Part shown: positions 1-9,613 of the stretch, piece by piece | Position numbering within the stretch: the stretch's first letter is position 1 | How the letters are laid out: each line of letters opens with the position of its first letter | NCBI GenBank assembly: GCA_038915815.1 | Contig: JBCLCL010000001.1 | Coordinates: 5,899-69,898 of the forward strand | Source: Candidatus Limnocylindrales bacterium | GTDB taxonomy: Bacteria; Chloroflexota; Limnocylindria; Limnocylindrales; CSP1-4 | DNA length: 64,000 nt | Reading direction: 5' to 3' | Program-made: the position numbers and the translations under genes | Notes under the pieces: generated by a model | Database searches by the model: none | Told to the model about the DNA's origin: nothing | What the model saw: only the letters and a program-made list of their open reading frames with translations

Positions 1-880
1 GGTTGTACGGATAGGTCGCGCCGTAGACCGAGTTGCAGCCGGTCGCTGCGACGATCCCCATCGACTGCGGGCCGTGGATCTGGCGGGTGGCGGCGACCAT
101 CTGGCGGATGGCGGTCGCCTCCCCGCAGCCCGCGCACGATCCGGCCCCGCCGACGTAGCCGATGGCATGCTCGCCGAGGAGCAGATCGGCGAGGGCCTTG
201 TCGTTGCGATAGGCCTCGGGGGTCGGCGGCAGCGCGCGGAAGAGGCGCATGTCGCGGGCGAACCGCTCGAGCGTGCTCTCACCGCTCGGCTCGTGGTCCA
301 CCTTGTCGATCATGATCAGGGCGTCGTGACCGAGCGCGGCACAGACCTCGACGCACTCGGCGCAGCCCTTGCAGTGGACGGGGTCCACGAAGATCCCGAA
401 CGCGCCCCGATCAAGACCCTTGCGCGCCGGAACGTCGCCGTACTTGGTGGTCGGGGCAAAGCGGCCGCGGGCGGTCGCGGCCGCGACCGCCGGGTCCGCC
501 TGCCCGGCGGCGAACGTGGCGATCCGCTCTTCCAGCTGGGGCTCGGGCACCACTGTCGCCAGGATTGCCGTGTCAGGACAGGCGGCCACGCAGGCCATGC
601 AGCCGACGCACTTCTCGAGCAGGAACTCCGGGATCCGCGGCGCCAGCCTGCTGAAGTCGCGCGTGGCGGAGGTCCCGGGCGGGACGATCGATCGAGCCAG
701 GCCGGCGTCGGCCGGCAGCTCCAGGTCGGCCACCCCGCGCCGATAGGCCGGCACCACGGAGCGGCCGAACTCCTCCACATAGGCGCTCATGTCCAGCACC
801 GGCAGGGCGGCTCCGAGGCGGGACTCGTGGAGCTCCTTCGGCTCGCCGGCCTCCTTGACCAGCGGTGCCGTGTCAGGCAC
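1..880 (-). CDS. Pyruvate:ferredoxin oxidoreductase, ferredoxin + TPP-binding (delta/beta) subunit; runs off the window edge
   Basis: Manual translation from GTG at 880 (GGAGG upstream): MPDTAPLVKE..., with CVGCMACVAACP, CKGCAECVEVC, GAGSCAGCGE and ATGCNSVYG motifs. Absent from the ORF track because it has no stop in the window. Confidence 0.9.
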   Translation of the reverse strand, partial: MPDTAPLVKEAGEPKELHESRLGAALPVLDMSAYVEEFGRSVVPAYRRGVADLELPADAGLARSIVPPGTSATRDFSRLAPRIPEFLLEKCVGCMACVAACPDTAILATVVPEPQLEERIATFAAGQADPAVAAATARGRFAPTTKYGDVPARKGLDRGAFGIFVDPVHCKGCAECVEVCAALGHDALIMIDKVDHEPSGESTLERFARDMRLFRALPPTPEAYRNDKALADLLLGEHAIGYVGGAGSCAGCGEATAIRQMVAATRQIHGPQSMGIVAATGCNSVYGATYPYN

Positions 881-1370
881 TGGAGCCTCCCGTCGTGGCG
901 GGATCAGCCGGGGGTTCCGGGGAGGCCGCACTGCCGGCGGTCGTCGCCGGGTGGCGAACCGCCTCGGCGATGGCATGGACGAGGTCCGTCGTCGAGAGGA
1001 TCCCGATCGGCAGCGTCTCGTCGTCATCGGCCACGACGACCAGGCGATGGATGTGATGGCGCTCCATCCGCGCCGCCGCGAGGACGATCGGCGTGGAGCG
1101 CTGGACCGTGACGGCCGGCGACGTCATCAGGTGGCGGACCACCAGGCCCGGCCAGTTCGCCCACAGGTACTCCGTCGAGCGAGCCCGGACCAGGTCGGTC
1201 TGACTCAGTACGCCGACCAGTGAGCCGGCGGCGTTGACGACCGGCGCGCCACTGATCTGATGGCGGTCGAGCAGTTCGACGGCTTCGTCGAGCGGCATGT
1301 CGGCCTGGACGACGATGGGATCGATGGCCATCAGCTCGCCGACGGTAGCGGGACCGGCGGAACGGTTCAT
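873..1370 (-). CDS. CBS-pair domain protein
   Basis: Two CBS repeats (ISGAPVV...LVGVLSQTDL; IHRLVVV...IGILSTTDL); overlaps both PFOR genes. Confidence 0.9.
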   Translation of the reverse strand: MNRSAGPATVGELMAIDPIVVQADMPLDEAVELLDRHQISGAPVVNAAGSLVGVLSQTDLVRARSTEYLWANWPGLVVRHLMTSPAVTVQRSTPIVLAAARMERHHIHRLVVVADDDETLPIGILSTTDLVHAIAEAVRHPATTAGSAASPEPPADPATTGGSSA

Positions 1371-3343
1371 CGGGTGGCTCCTTCCGGCTGGATGGTCTTC
1401 GCCTGGTCGGGGAGATCCTCATTCGTCAGACCAAGTGCCGCGCTGACGTCGATCAGGTTGTCGTAGGCGGCCGCGATCACCGCCAGGTTCGCCTCCACGA
1501 CGGAGCTGCCGCCCTTGCCGAAGAACCGGCCGAGCCGGGCCCGAACGGCGGCCATCAATGCGTCGCGATCGAGTCCGGCCCGCGCGGCGAACGGCGAGAC
1601 GCGCAGGAAGACCCCGACGAGGGCGACGCCCTGCATCCGGACCAGCAGATCCCCGCGCGGCGCATGGGCGGCCGCGAGCGCCGCCGTGTCGAGCGCCGTG
1701 ACCCGGATCCGGCGCGCCACGATGGCGGACCGTGCGGCGGCCGGGATGGACGCCCAGATCTGTTCCGGGTCGTGCCGGGCCGACTGGATGAAGACCGACC
1801 CGCCATCGACCAGGCCAGCCAGCGGATCACCCAACGCGAATGCGGCAACGTCGTGGAGCGGCACGAATTCGACCTGGTCCAGCTCCGCGTGGAGCCGGAT
1901 CGGCTCATCGGCGATCGTCAGGTAGTAGGTCGTCGGGAGGCCCTTCTTCTCCGAGCCGTAGCGTGGGTAGGCCTGGACGACCTTGTCGAACAGCTCTCCG
2001 GCAAGCGTCGCCACCAGCTTGTTGGTGGTCACCGAACCGAAGCCGCCGATCGACTGCCCGCGGAGCGACCAGGCGCCCAGTGGTCGCAGGTCCGTCGGCA
2101 CGGTCTTCAGCGCGAGCGGATGTCGGATCCCCAGGACCGCGTGTCGCTGGGCCGGCAGCTCGCGCTCGGTGAGCCGGTCGAAGACGGCGACGAGATCGCC
2201 CGGAGCCACGTCTCGCGAGCCGAGTCCGGCCGAGAACGAGAGCACGCGCGGGACCATGACCCCCTCGGCGGCCCGCTCGTAGAGCGCCGACCGGACCTCC
2301 CGGGTCAGCGGGTTCGTGGCAGCCAGGGGCTCATCCGTCCGCTCCACGACCCCGACGGCCCGGGCATGGCGAAGGACGGCCCCGAGCTCATCCATCGGGA
2401 AGGGCCGGAAGCTGGTGATCGCCACGCAACCGACCGGCCGACCCTGAGCCCTGAGGTGGTCCACCACCGCGAGCGCGGTGTCGGCGATCGTGCCCATGGC
2501 GACCAGGATCTCGCTTGCGTCGCTGCAGCGGTAGGCGTCGATGAGCCCGCTGCGGCGGCCGGTCAGGACCGTCCACTCGGCCATCGCCCCGGCCAGTTCG
2601 ACCGGGATCCGGTCCGTATAGGCGCGCTGCCCGATCCGGCCCTTCATGTAGCTGTCCTGGTTCTGGACGGTGCCGGTCATCAGCGCCTCGGCCGGATCGA
2701 ACAGGTCGCGGATCCGCTCGCGCGGGTCACCCACGAAGTCGCGCAGCAGTCCGTCTTCCGGCAGCCGCACGTTCTCCAGCGTATGGGTCGTCAGGAAGCC
2801 ATCCTGGGCGACCATGAACGGGGTCTCGGTCGCCTCCGCGACGCGTCGCGCGATCGCGGCCAGATCCGCGGCTTCCTGGGCGTTGCGGGCGAACAGGATC
2901 CCCCAGCCGGTGTCGGCCACGGCCATCACATCGTCATGGCCGGCATGGATGTTGAGCGCCTGACTGGTCAGTGCGCGCGCCCCGATATGAAAGACGACCG
3001 GCAGGCGCTTGCCGCTGATGACGAAGAGGACCTCCTTCATCAGGACCAGGCCCTGGCCGGCGGTGAAATTGGTGACCCGGCCACCGGCGAGCGCCGCGCC
3101 TTCCGCGGCCGACGCCGAGGAGTGCTCGGATTCGGGTTCGATGAAGCGCAGCGGTGTGCCCCACAGGTTGACCCCGCCGGCCGCCACCGCAGCCTGGAAG
3201 ATGGCCGCCATGGTGGTCGACGGAGTGATCGGGTAGACGCACGCGACTTCCGACAGGCGAGTCTCGACATGACCGACCGCCTCGGAGCCGTCGACGATGG
3301 CAGGCAGACCGGGATAGCGCGGCGCAGGCGTCGTCTCGAACAT
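1367..3343 (-). CDS. Pyruvate:ferredoxin oxidoreductase, alpha/gamma subunit
   Basis: YPITPST, ESEH, FTAGQGL, DGFLTTHT and gamma-domain GGFGSVTTNK...YGSEKKG motifs. Confidence 0.92.
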   Translation of the reverse strand: MFETTPAPRYPGLPAIVDGSEAVGHVETRLSEVACVYPITPSTTMAAIFQAAVAAGGVNLWGTPLRFIEPESEHSSASAAEGAALAGGRVTNFTAGQGLVLMKEVLFVISGKRLPVVFHIGARALTSQALNIHAGHDDVMAVADTGWGILFARNAQEAADLAAIARRVAEATETPFMVAQDGFLTTHTLENVRLPEDGLLRDFVGDPRERIRDLFDPAEALMTGTVQNQDSYMKGRIGQRAYTDRIPVELAGAMAEWTVLTGRRSGLIDAYRCSDASEILVAMGTIADTALAVVDHLRAQGRPVGCVAITSFRPFPMDELGAVLRHARAVGVVERTDEPLAATNPLTREVRSALYERAAEGVMVPRVLSFSAGLGSRDVAPGDLVAVFDRLTERELPAQRHAVLGIRHPLALKTVPTDLRPLGAWSLRGQSIGGFGSVTTNKLVATLAGELFDKVVQAYPRYGSEKKGLPTTYYLTIADEPIRLHAELDQVEFVPLHDVAAFALGDPLAGLVDGGSVFIQSARHDPEQIWASIPAAARSAIVARRIRVTALDTAALAAAHAPRGDLLVRMQGVALVGVFLRVSPFAARAGLDRDALMAAVRARLGRFFGKGGSSVVEANLAVIAAAYDNLIDVSAALGLTNEDLPDQAKTIQPEGATR

Positions 3344-3445
3344 GGCTCCAATCTGACCTCCGGCGCGGGCGCGCGGCAGGGACAGGGCGACCGAATCCTA
3401 GGGGCCGTTCGGCACGGGTCGCGGCCGGGCGCGAGGTGCCGGTGG

Positions 3446-4717
3446 CTAGACCAGGTGGAGACGGCGTGCGTCGGCGGTCAACCCATCACGGAAGTCCGGG
3501 TGGGCGATCGCGATCAGCGCCAGGGCACGCTCTCGCAGGCTCCGTCCGAACAGCTCGGCCACACCCCACTCGGTGACGACGGTCCGCACGTGCGCCCGGG
3601 TCGTCACGACCCCGGCCCCTTCCCTGATCGAGGCGACGATCCGCGAGGACGTGCCGCCTGTCGCCGTGGACGGCAGGGCGATGAAGGCGCGCCCGTCGGT
3701 CGCCAGGCCGGCACCCCGGATGAAGTCCATCTGACCCCCGACGCCGCTGTAGAGCCGGTGGCCGATCGAGTCGGCTACGACCTGGCCGGTCAGGTCCACC
3801 TCGATCGCCGAGTTGATCGCGGCCATCCGGCTGAACGAGCGGATGACGTGGGTGTCGTTGGTGAAGTCGACCGGCCGCATCTCGACCATCGGGTTGTCGT
3901 TGACGAAATCGTAAAGACGCCGGGTGCCCATCATGAACGCGGTCACGATCTTGCCGCGGTTGCGCTCCTTGAGCGCCCCGGTGATCACGCCCGCCTCGAC
4001 CAGATCGACGATCGAATCCGTGAACATCTCGGTGTGAACGCCGAGATCGCGCTTGCCGCGCAGGGCCAGGGCCGTCGCCGCCGGGATCGCCCCGATGCCG
4101 AGCTGGATGGTCGAGCCGTCCGGGACACGCTCGGCGATGTGCTCGCCGATCCGGCGTTCGACGTCGCCGATGATCGCGCCGGTGTGCTCGTACGGCGGTA
4201 CGTCGCATTCGACCGCAAGGTCGATCGTCGAGACATGGATGAAGCTGTCACCGAGGGTCCGCGGCATCGCCCGGTTGAACTGGACGATGACCTGGCGCGC
4301 GGCGCGGATCGCTGCGTGCATCGCCTCGACCGAGGTCCCCAGGGAGCAGAACCCGTGGGCATCCGGCGGCGTCGCGTTGACGAAGACGGCGTCGAGCGGG
4401 AGCATCCCGGTCTCGAACAGCCGGGGGACGTCCGACAGGAAGACCGGGACGTAGTCCGCCCGGCCCTCCTCGACGGCGGCCCGCGCGTTCGGTCCGATGA
4501 ACAGGGCCCGGTGGCGGAAGTGGGGCGCCATCTCGGGCGCCAGATGCGGCCCGGGACCCTCACAGTGCAGGTGGACCACCCGCACATCCGCGAGCTCGGC
4601 TGCCCTGGCGACGAGCGCATCGAGCAGGACCGACGGCGTCGCCGCGGCGCACTGCAGGTAGATCTGCTGGCCGGACTCGATGCCCTCGACGGCCTCCGCG
4701 CCGGACACGACACGCAT
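3446..4717 (-). CDS. Acetyl-CoA hydrolase/transferase (4-hydroxybutyrate CoA-transferase-like)
   Basis: IQLGIGAIP, LGVHTEM, INSAIEVDLTGQV, SGVGGQMDF and VVTEWG motifs. Confidence 0.92.
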   Translation of the reverse strand: MRVVSGAEAVEGIESGQQIYLQCAAATPSVLLDALVARAAELADVRVVHLHCEGPGPHLAPEMAPHFRHRALFIGPNARAAVEEGRADYVPVFLSDVPRLFETGMLPLDAVFVNATPPDAHGFCSLGTSVEAMHAAIRAARQVIVQFNRAMPRTLGDSFIHVSTIDLAVECDVPPYEHTGAIIGDVERRIGEHIAERVPDGSTIQLGIGAIPAATALALRGKRDLGVHTEMFTDSIVDLVEAGVITGALKERNRGKIVTAFMMGTRRLYDFVNDNPMVEMRPVDFTNDTHVIRSFSRMAAINSAIEVDLTGQVVADSIGHRLYSGVGGQMDFIRGAGLATDGRAFIALPSTATGGTSSRIVASIREGAGVVTTRAHVRTVVTEWGVAELFGRSLRERALALIAIAHPDFRDGLTADARRLHLV

Positions 4718-4742
4718 GGAGCGAGTCTACGGGGAACCGACG

Positions 4743-5525
4743 CTACTTCGTGTAGACCCCGCCCGGGTCGAGCTCCTCGCGGATCAGGCGCAGCTCCTCG
4801 GCGCTCGGCGGCGGCGTCTCGGCCAGCTCCGACGAAACCGACACGTCCCAGCCGATCGTCTCCCGGACGGCCTCCAGGGTGGCCCCCGGATGAAGCGAAT
4901 CGAGGCGCATCTCGCCGCGCTCGTCGAAGTGATAGATGCCCAGGTCGGTCACCACGACCGTCGGTCCGCGGCCGAGCCAGCCGCCCTCGCGCCGGATCCG
5001 GTCGGCGTCCGCGGCCCCACCGAGGTTGCCCGGCGACGTCCGGAAATCGATCGTCTCGACGAAGCTGCGCCGGCTCTGGCGCATGATCACGAAGACCTCG
5101 CGGGCGTTGATCGCGATCTCGCAGGCGCCACCGGAACCGGGCAGGCGGGTGGTCGGGTGGGCGTAGTCCCCGATGACCGTCGTGTTGATGTTGCCGAACC
5201 GATCGATCTGGGCCGCGCCGAGGAAGCCGACGTCGATCAGCCCGCGCTGGAGGTAGTAGCCGAACAGCTCGACCATGCTGACCACGGCGGTCGCGCCGGT
5301 CACGATGGTCGGGTCGCCGATCGAGAGCGGCAGGCGCGCCGGACGCGCGCCGAAGACACCCGCCTCGTAGACGAGCTCGAGATCCGGCGCCACGGTGCGT
5401 TTGGCCAGGTTGACCGCGATGTTCGGCAGGCCGACCCCTACGAAGCAGACGCGCTGGTCGGCGAGCGCACGGGCGGCGGCCACGATCATCATCTCGGACT
5501 TCGAGAACGTCGCGGGGTCGGTCAT
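4743..5525 (-). CDS. Family I CoA-transferase beta subunit (GctB/PcaJ-like)
   Basis: FVGVGLP, YEAG, GFLGAAQIDRFGNINTT, LPGSGGA; start moved to MTDPATF, overlapping the alpha-subunit stop. Confidence 0.88.
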   Translation of the reverse strand: MTDPATFSKSEMMIVAAARALADQRVCFVGVGLPNIAVNLAKRTVAPDLELVYEAGVFGARPARLPLSIGDPTIVTGATAVVSMVELFGYYLQRGLIDVGFLGAAQIDRFGNINTTVIGDYAHPTTRLPGSGGACEIAINAREVFVIMRQSRRSFVETIDFRTSPGNLGGAADADRIRREGGWLGRGPTVVVTDLGIYHFDERGEMRLDSLHPGATLEAVRETIGWDVSVSSELAETPPPSAEELRLIREELDPGGVYTK

Positions 5526-6448
5526 CGATACGACCCGTAGTCCACGATGCCGGAGGGGGCGGCCGCGCCCGGGCGGAGCGAGGCGAGCCGTTCGGCGCCC
5601 AGCTTGTCGAGATAGCCCGCGCGTCCCTCGACGCCATGGACCCACTCGCGCAGCCAGGCCTGGGTCGCCGCCTCGTCGCGCGAGATCGGATCCCAGTCCA
5701 GGTAGAAGCGGTTGTCGCGATCGTAGGCACCCTGGACGTAGGAGGGGTGCGCGCCCCACGGCTCCACGACCACGGCGTCCACGATCAGGCCCGGGATGAT
5801 CGTCCGGTTCGGGTCGGCGCGGATGACCGCCTCATCCACCAGTTCCTCGACGACGACGATGAGCCGGTCGGCTGCGAAGGCGGCCTCCTTCTGGCAGCCG
5901 AGCAGCCCCCAGACCTGGGTATCGCCGCCGGCCGATGCACGCTGCGCGTGGACGATCGTCACGTCGGGGCGCAGCGGCGGGACGGCGTAGATCGTCTCGT
6001 CGCCGTAGGGCGAGGCGATCGGCCGGATGAGCGGGTTGACCACCGGGAGGTCCGTCTGGAAGTAGCTGCGCAGCGGGAAGAACGGCAGGTTCATCGCGCC
6101 GGCGGTGTAGCGCCCGACCATCCCGAAGTGGCTGTATTCCTCGATCTCGAGCGGCTGGTCGGGGATCTCGCCCTCGATCCGGCGGCGGATCGCCCCCAGG
6201 CCACCGACCCCCGGGTTGCCGAGCCACGAGAAGACGAGCTTGCGCGCGACGCCGGCCGCGATCATCTGGTCGTAGACGAGGTCCGGGGTCAGGCGGGCGA
6301 GGGTCAGGTCCCGCTTCCCCTGGCGGATGATCTCGTGGCCGGCCGCGAACGAGATGAGATGGGTGAAGCCCTCGATGGCCACGGTGTCGCCGTCGCGGAC
6401 GAGGTCGGCCACGGCGTCGTGCATCGTCGCGACCTTCGAGCTGCTCAC
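5522..6448 (-). CDS. Family I CoA-transferase alpha subunit (GctA/PcaI-like)
   Basis: VRDGDTVAIEGFTHLI, PDVTIVHAQRA, PWGAHPS; only the last approximately 308 aa of the 662-aa ORF look real (GTG at 6448). Confidence 0.88.
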   Translation of the reverse strand: MSSSKVATMHDAVADLVRDGDTVAIEGFTHLISFAAGHEIIRQGKRDLTLARLTPDLVYDQMIAAGVARKLVFSWLGNPGVGGLGAIRRRIEGEIPDQPLEIEEYSHFGMVGRYTAGAMNLPFFPLRSYFQTDLPVVNPLIRPIASPYGDETIYAVPPLRPDVTIVHAQRASAGGDTQVWGLLGCQKEAAFAADRLIVVVEELVDEAVIRADPNRTIIPGLIVDAVVVEPWGAHPSYVQGAYDRDNRFYLDWDPISRDEAATQAWLREWVHGVEGRAGYLDKLGAERLASLRPGAAAPSGIVDYGSYR

Positions 6449-6574
6449 CCGCCGATTATCACGCACGGGCCCGGTCGAAAACGCCCCACAGGCGGCAGGC
6501 CGGTTCGGATAGTCTTGCGCGGCGTGTGTCGGGCCCAGGATCGGCCACGCCGGAGGCAGCACGGAGGTCGGTCG

Positions 6575-7777
6575 GTGGCGCTTCGAACTGGCTACGCAGA
6601 TGGTTGGCCGCGCACGGTCCGCGGGTTGTTCTACGTGGCGATGGCGGTCTTCCTCGTGACGATCGGCATCGGGATCGTCAACGGTCTCGATCTCTACGAG
6701 TTCAACCGCGACGAGCTGTTGACCCACGTCCACTCGGGCACGCTCGGCTGGATCACCCTCTCCATCGTCGCCTCGAGCGCGTGGTTCGCCCGCGGGATCG
6801 ATCGGCGACTGGCATGGGCTCTGGCGATCCTCGTCCCGATCTACGTCGCTGCGTTCTACCTTGCGATCCCATGGCTGCGCGCGGTCGCCGGCGGCGCGGT
6901 GCTCGTCGTCATCCTCTGGCTGGCGGCCTGGGCGTGGGGGATCTCCGGCGCCCGCCGTTCGCTCCCGGCCCTCGCCATCGCCCTCGGCCTCACGACGTTC
7001 ACCTATGGCGCGATCATCGGCGTCCTCCGTCAGATCCAGCTGGCCGGTGGGCCGAGCCTCTTCCCCGAGACCGCCGACATCGTCGGGGCGCATGCGGCGG
7101 CGATGGTCTTCAGCTACCTCATCCTCATCGCCATGGGTCTGCTCGAGTGGCGGATCCGGGGTACAGAGAACCGCCCGACCGGCGGGGTCATCCAGGTGGC
7201 GCTCCTCTTCGTCGGCGGCCTGATCATCTCGCTGACCCTGCTCTTCCTGCCGTCCAGCGCCATCCAGGCAGCCGGCGGCCTCTACCTCCTGGTGGAGCTG
7301 ATCGCCGTCATCATCTTCGCCGTCCGGGTGCTGCCGAGGGCCGTCCGGATCGACTGGGCGAAGCCCGCGGCCCGGCACTTCGCGGCATCGTCGATCTGGG
7401 TGGTGATCGCCACGGCGATCTTCCTGTACGTCGTCTTCCTGTTCATCAGCGACCCATCCATCGCGAACGATCCCGCGTCGATCGTGGGTGTCCTGACGGC
7501 GAGTAACCACGCCGCGTTCATCGGCGTCATCACCAACCTGATGCTCGGCCAGCTGCTGGTCCTGAGTGCCGACCGAGGCGGTCGCTGGCCGTGGGCGGAC
7601 CAGCTCGTCTTCTGGGGGACCAACCTCGGGCTGGTTCTCTTCATCGTGGGACTCGTGGCCGATGCCGCGGTGGTCAAGCGGGTCGGGGCGCCACTGATGG
7701 GTATCTCGATCCTGCTCGGTCTGGCGGTCCTGGCGATGCGCCTCCGGGACTCCAGTCTGGATGCCGCCGAGGGCTGA
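6575..7777 (+). CDS. Polytopic membrane protein (about 12 TM) with intramembrane histidines; function unknown
   Basis: GGAGG then GTG at 6575; many hydrophobic helices; THVHSGTLGW, GAHAAAM and SNHAAFIG segments. Confidence 0.75.
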   Translation: MALRTGYADGWPRTVRGLFYVAMAVFLVTIGIGIVNGLDLYEFNRDELLTHVHSGTLGWITLSIVASSAWFARGIDRRLAWALAILVPIYVAAFYLAIPWLRAVAGGAVLVVILWLAAWAWGISGARRSLPALAIALGLTTFTYGAIIGVLRQIQLAGGPSLFPETADIVGAHAAAMVFSYLILIAMGLLEWRIRGTENRPTGGVIQVALLFVGGLIISLTLLFLPSSAIQAAGGLYLLVELIAVIIFAVRVLPRAVRIDWAKPAARHFAASSIWVVIATAIFLYVVFLFISDPSIANDPASIVGVLTASNHAAFIGVITNLMLGQLLVLSADRGGRWPWADQLVFWGTNLGLVLFIVGLVADAAVVKRVGAPLMGISILLGLAVLAMRLRDSSLDAAEG

Positions 7778-7885
7778 GCCGCACCTCCGGGCCGGACAAG
7801 GGGACTCGGTCGCGGGATCGCCCCGGGGACGCGCGCCCGGCCGTGGTCGCGCGCCCGCTCGGCTGGTGCGCCCTATATCGCTGAC

Positions 7886-8158
7886 ACCGATTGATGCGGG
7901 GTTGGCCGAAGGACAAGGGTCCGGGATCTCCGAGCGAGCCGGCCCGCGTCGTCCGGTACGCCTTAAGTCAACGCCTGCAGCGATGAGTCCGCTCGGGAAT
8001 CCCGATAGGCGCGACCACCGCGCCAGGTCCCGGCTCGACCCTCAACGCTAACGGCCGGTCCAGGCCCGGATGTAACGCTACGGCCGATACCTGCCGATTC
8101 AGGCGCCTCGGGGCGGGGGCCAGGCCGCCGCGCCACGACCCGAGCGCCACGCATCGGT
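7886..8158 (+). ncRNA. Candidate structured ncRNA with 6S/Ms1-like architecture
   Basis: Intergenic between convergent genes; 5' hairpin, long interrupted stem with an internal loop, 3' hairpin and end-to-end complementarity found by hand; -10-like TATATC at 7874-7879. Strand is inferred. Confidence 0.55.
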
Positions 8159-8163
8159 CCTTA

Positions 8164-9528
8164 TCAGCCTCCGACCTCGCCCTCGTGCATCGCCCCCGCG
8201 AGGGCGGCCTCACGACCGAGCGCCGGGCCGCGTCTGGCGACGTCGTCGACGGCCTCGCCGAAGATCCGCAGGGCGGTCGTCATCTCGGCCTCGGTGACGG
8301 TCAGTGCCGGGGACATCCGGACGCTGGACTTGCCGCATCCCAGGACCAGCAGGCCGCGCTCGAAGCAGGCCCACTGGGCCTCCTCGGCATGATCCGCGGT
8401 GTCGAACTCGATGCCGAGCATGAGGCCCTTGCCGCGAACGTCGCGGACGAGGCCGTCGTACCGGTCGAGGTGCGGCCGCAGCCCGGCCATCGCCTGTTCG
8501 CCGCGGGCCGCGGCGTTCTCCACCAGGCCGCCCTCCAGCAACTCGATGGTCGCCAGGGCGGCGGCGCAGGCGACCGGGTTGCCGCCGTAGGTGGAGCCAT
8601 GGGCGCCCGGTCCCCACGTCTCGAGCAGTTCCGCCCGGGCGACCATCGCGCCCAGGGTCATCCCCGAGGCGATCCCCTTGGCCGTCAGCAGGATGTCCGG
8701 CTCGACGCCCCAGTGCTCGACCGCCCACATCTTCCCCGTGCGCCCCGCACCCGACTGGATCTCGTCGGCGATCAGCAGGATCCCGTGGGTGTCGCAGATC
8801 CGACGGAGGCCCTGGAGGAAGCCGTCCTCCGGGACGATGTAGCCGCCCTCGCCCTGGATCGGCTCGACGATGATCGCCGCGACCTCGCTGGCCGGCGCCA
8901 GCTTGTCAAACAGGACCTCGTCGAACCAGCGCAGGTCCTCCAGCCGGCCGTATGGCGCGTGGAAGATCCCCGGCAGGAGCGGCCCGAAGCCAGCGTGGTA
9001 CTTCGCCTTCGAGGCCGTCAGGGAGATCGAGCCGTAGGTCCGTCCATGGAACGCGCCGAGGAACGCCACCACGTACGGCCGATTCGTCGCAAAGCGAGCC
9101 AGCTTGATCGACGCCTCAACGACCTCCGTCCCCGAGTTGCCGAGATACGCCCGGACCGGTCCCGAGATCGGCGCGAGACGCGCGAGCTCGCGGCAGACCT
9201 GCGCGTAGATCGGCAGGTAGAAGTCCGAGGCGCTGAAGTGGATCAGCTCGGCGGCCTGCTCCCTGATCGCGGCCACGACCTGGGGATGCGAGTGGCCCGT
9301 CGAGGTGACCGCGATGCCGGCCGCGAAGTCGAGGAAGAGGTTGCCGTCGATGTCCTCGACGGTCAGGCCATCGCCGCGGACCGGGACGAGCGGGTAGGCC
9401 CGCGGCAGGCTCGGCGACGTCCAGGTCTCGTCGAAGGCGACGTGGGCTCGCGCCTTTGGGCCGGGGAGTTCCGTGACGATGTGCGGAACGGGCCGATCTC
9501 CGGCGATGCGCGACGCAGCCGACGACAA
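8164..9528 (-). CDS. Class III PLP aminotransferase (4-aminobutyrate/ornithine aminotransferase-like)
   Basis: NSGTE, FHGRT, EPIQGEGG, DEIQSGAGRTG, TAKGIASG, HGSTYGGNP; TTG start after GAGGTG. Confidence 0.9.
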   Translation of the reverse strand: MSSAASRIAGDRPVPHIVTELPGPKARAHVAFDETWTSPSLPRAYPLVPVRGDGLTVEDIDGNLFLDFAAGIAVTSTGHSHPQVVAAIREQAAELIHFSASDFYLPIYAQVCRELARLAPISGPVRAYLGNSGTEVVEASIKLARFATNRPYVVAFLGAFHGRTYGSISLTASKAKYHAGFGPLLPGIFHAPYGRLEDLRWFDEVLFDKLAPASEVAAIIVEPIQGEGGYIVPEDGFLQGLRRICDTHGILLIADEIQSGAGRTGKMWAVEHWGVEPDILLTAKGIASGMTLGAMVARAELLETWGPGAHGSTYGGNPVACAAALATIELLEGGLVENAAARGEQAMAGLRPHLDRYDGLVRDVRGKGLMLGIEFDTADHAEEAQWACFERGLLVLGCGKSSVRMSPALTVTEAEMTTALRIFGEAVDDVARRGPALGREAALAGAMHEGEVGG

Positions 9529-9613
9529 GGTCCACCTCTGGCTCGAATGCATAACGAGTATGCAGGCTGGATACTGCGCCGCGAGTATAGCGAAGCGCCG
9601 GACCCCGACCGCT

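Noticed and set aside
1664-5086. Very long antisense or alternative-frame ORFs (for example 1140 aa here, 871 aa at 56015-58630)
   Set aside because: Shadow frames of real genes in high-GC DNA; Arg/Pro-rich with no motifs.
7886-8158. tmRNA, SRP RNA or RNase P RNA identity for the intergenic RNA
   Set aside because: No tRNA-like ends, no SRP CAGG...GGAA...AGCAG domain and no RNase P GAGGAAAGUCC motif on either strand.
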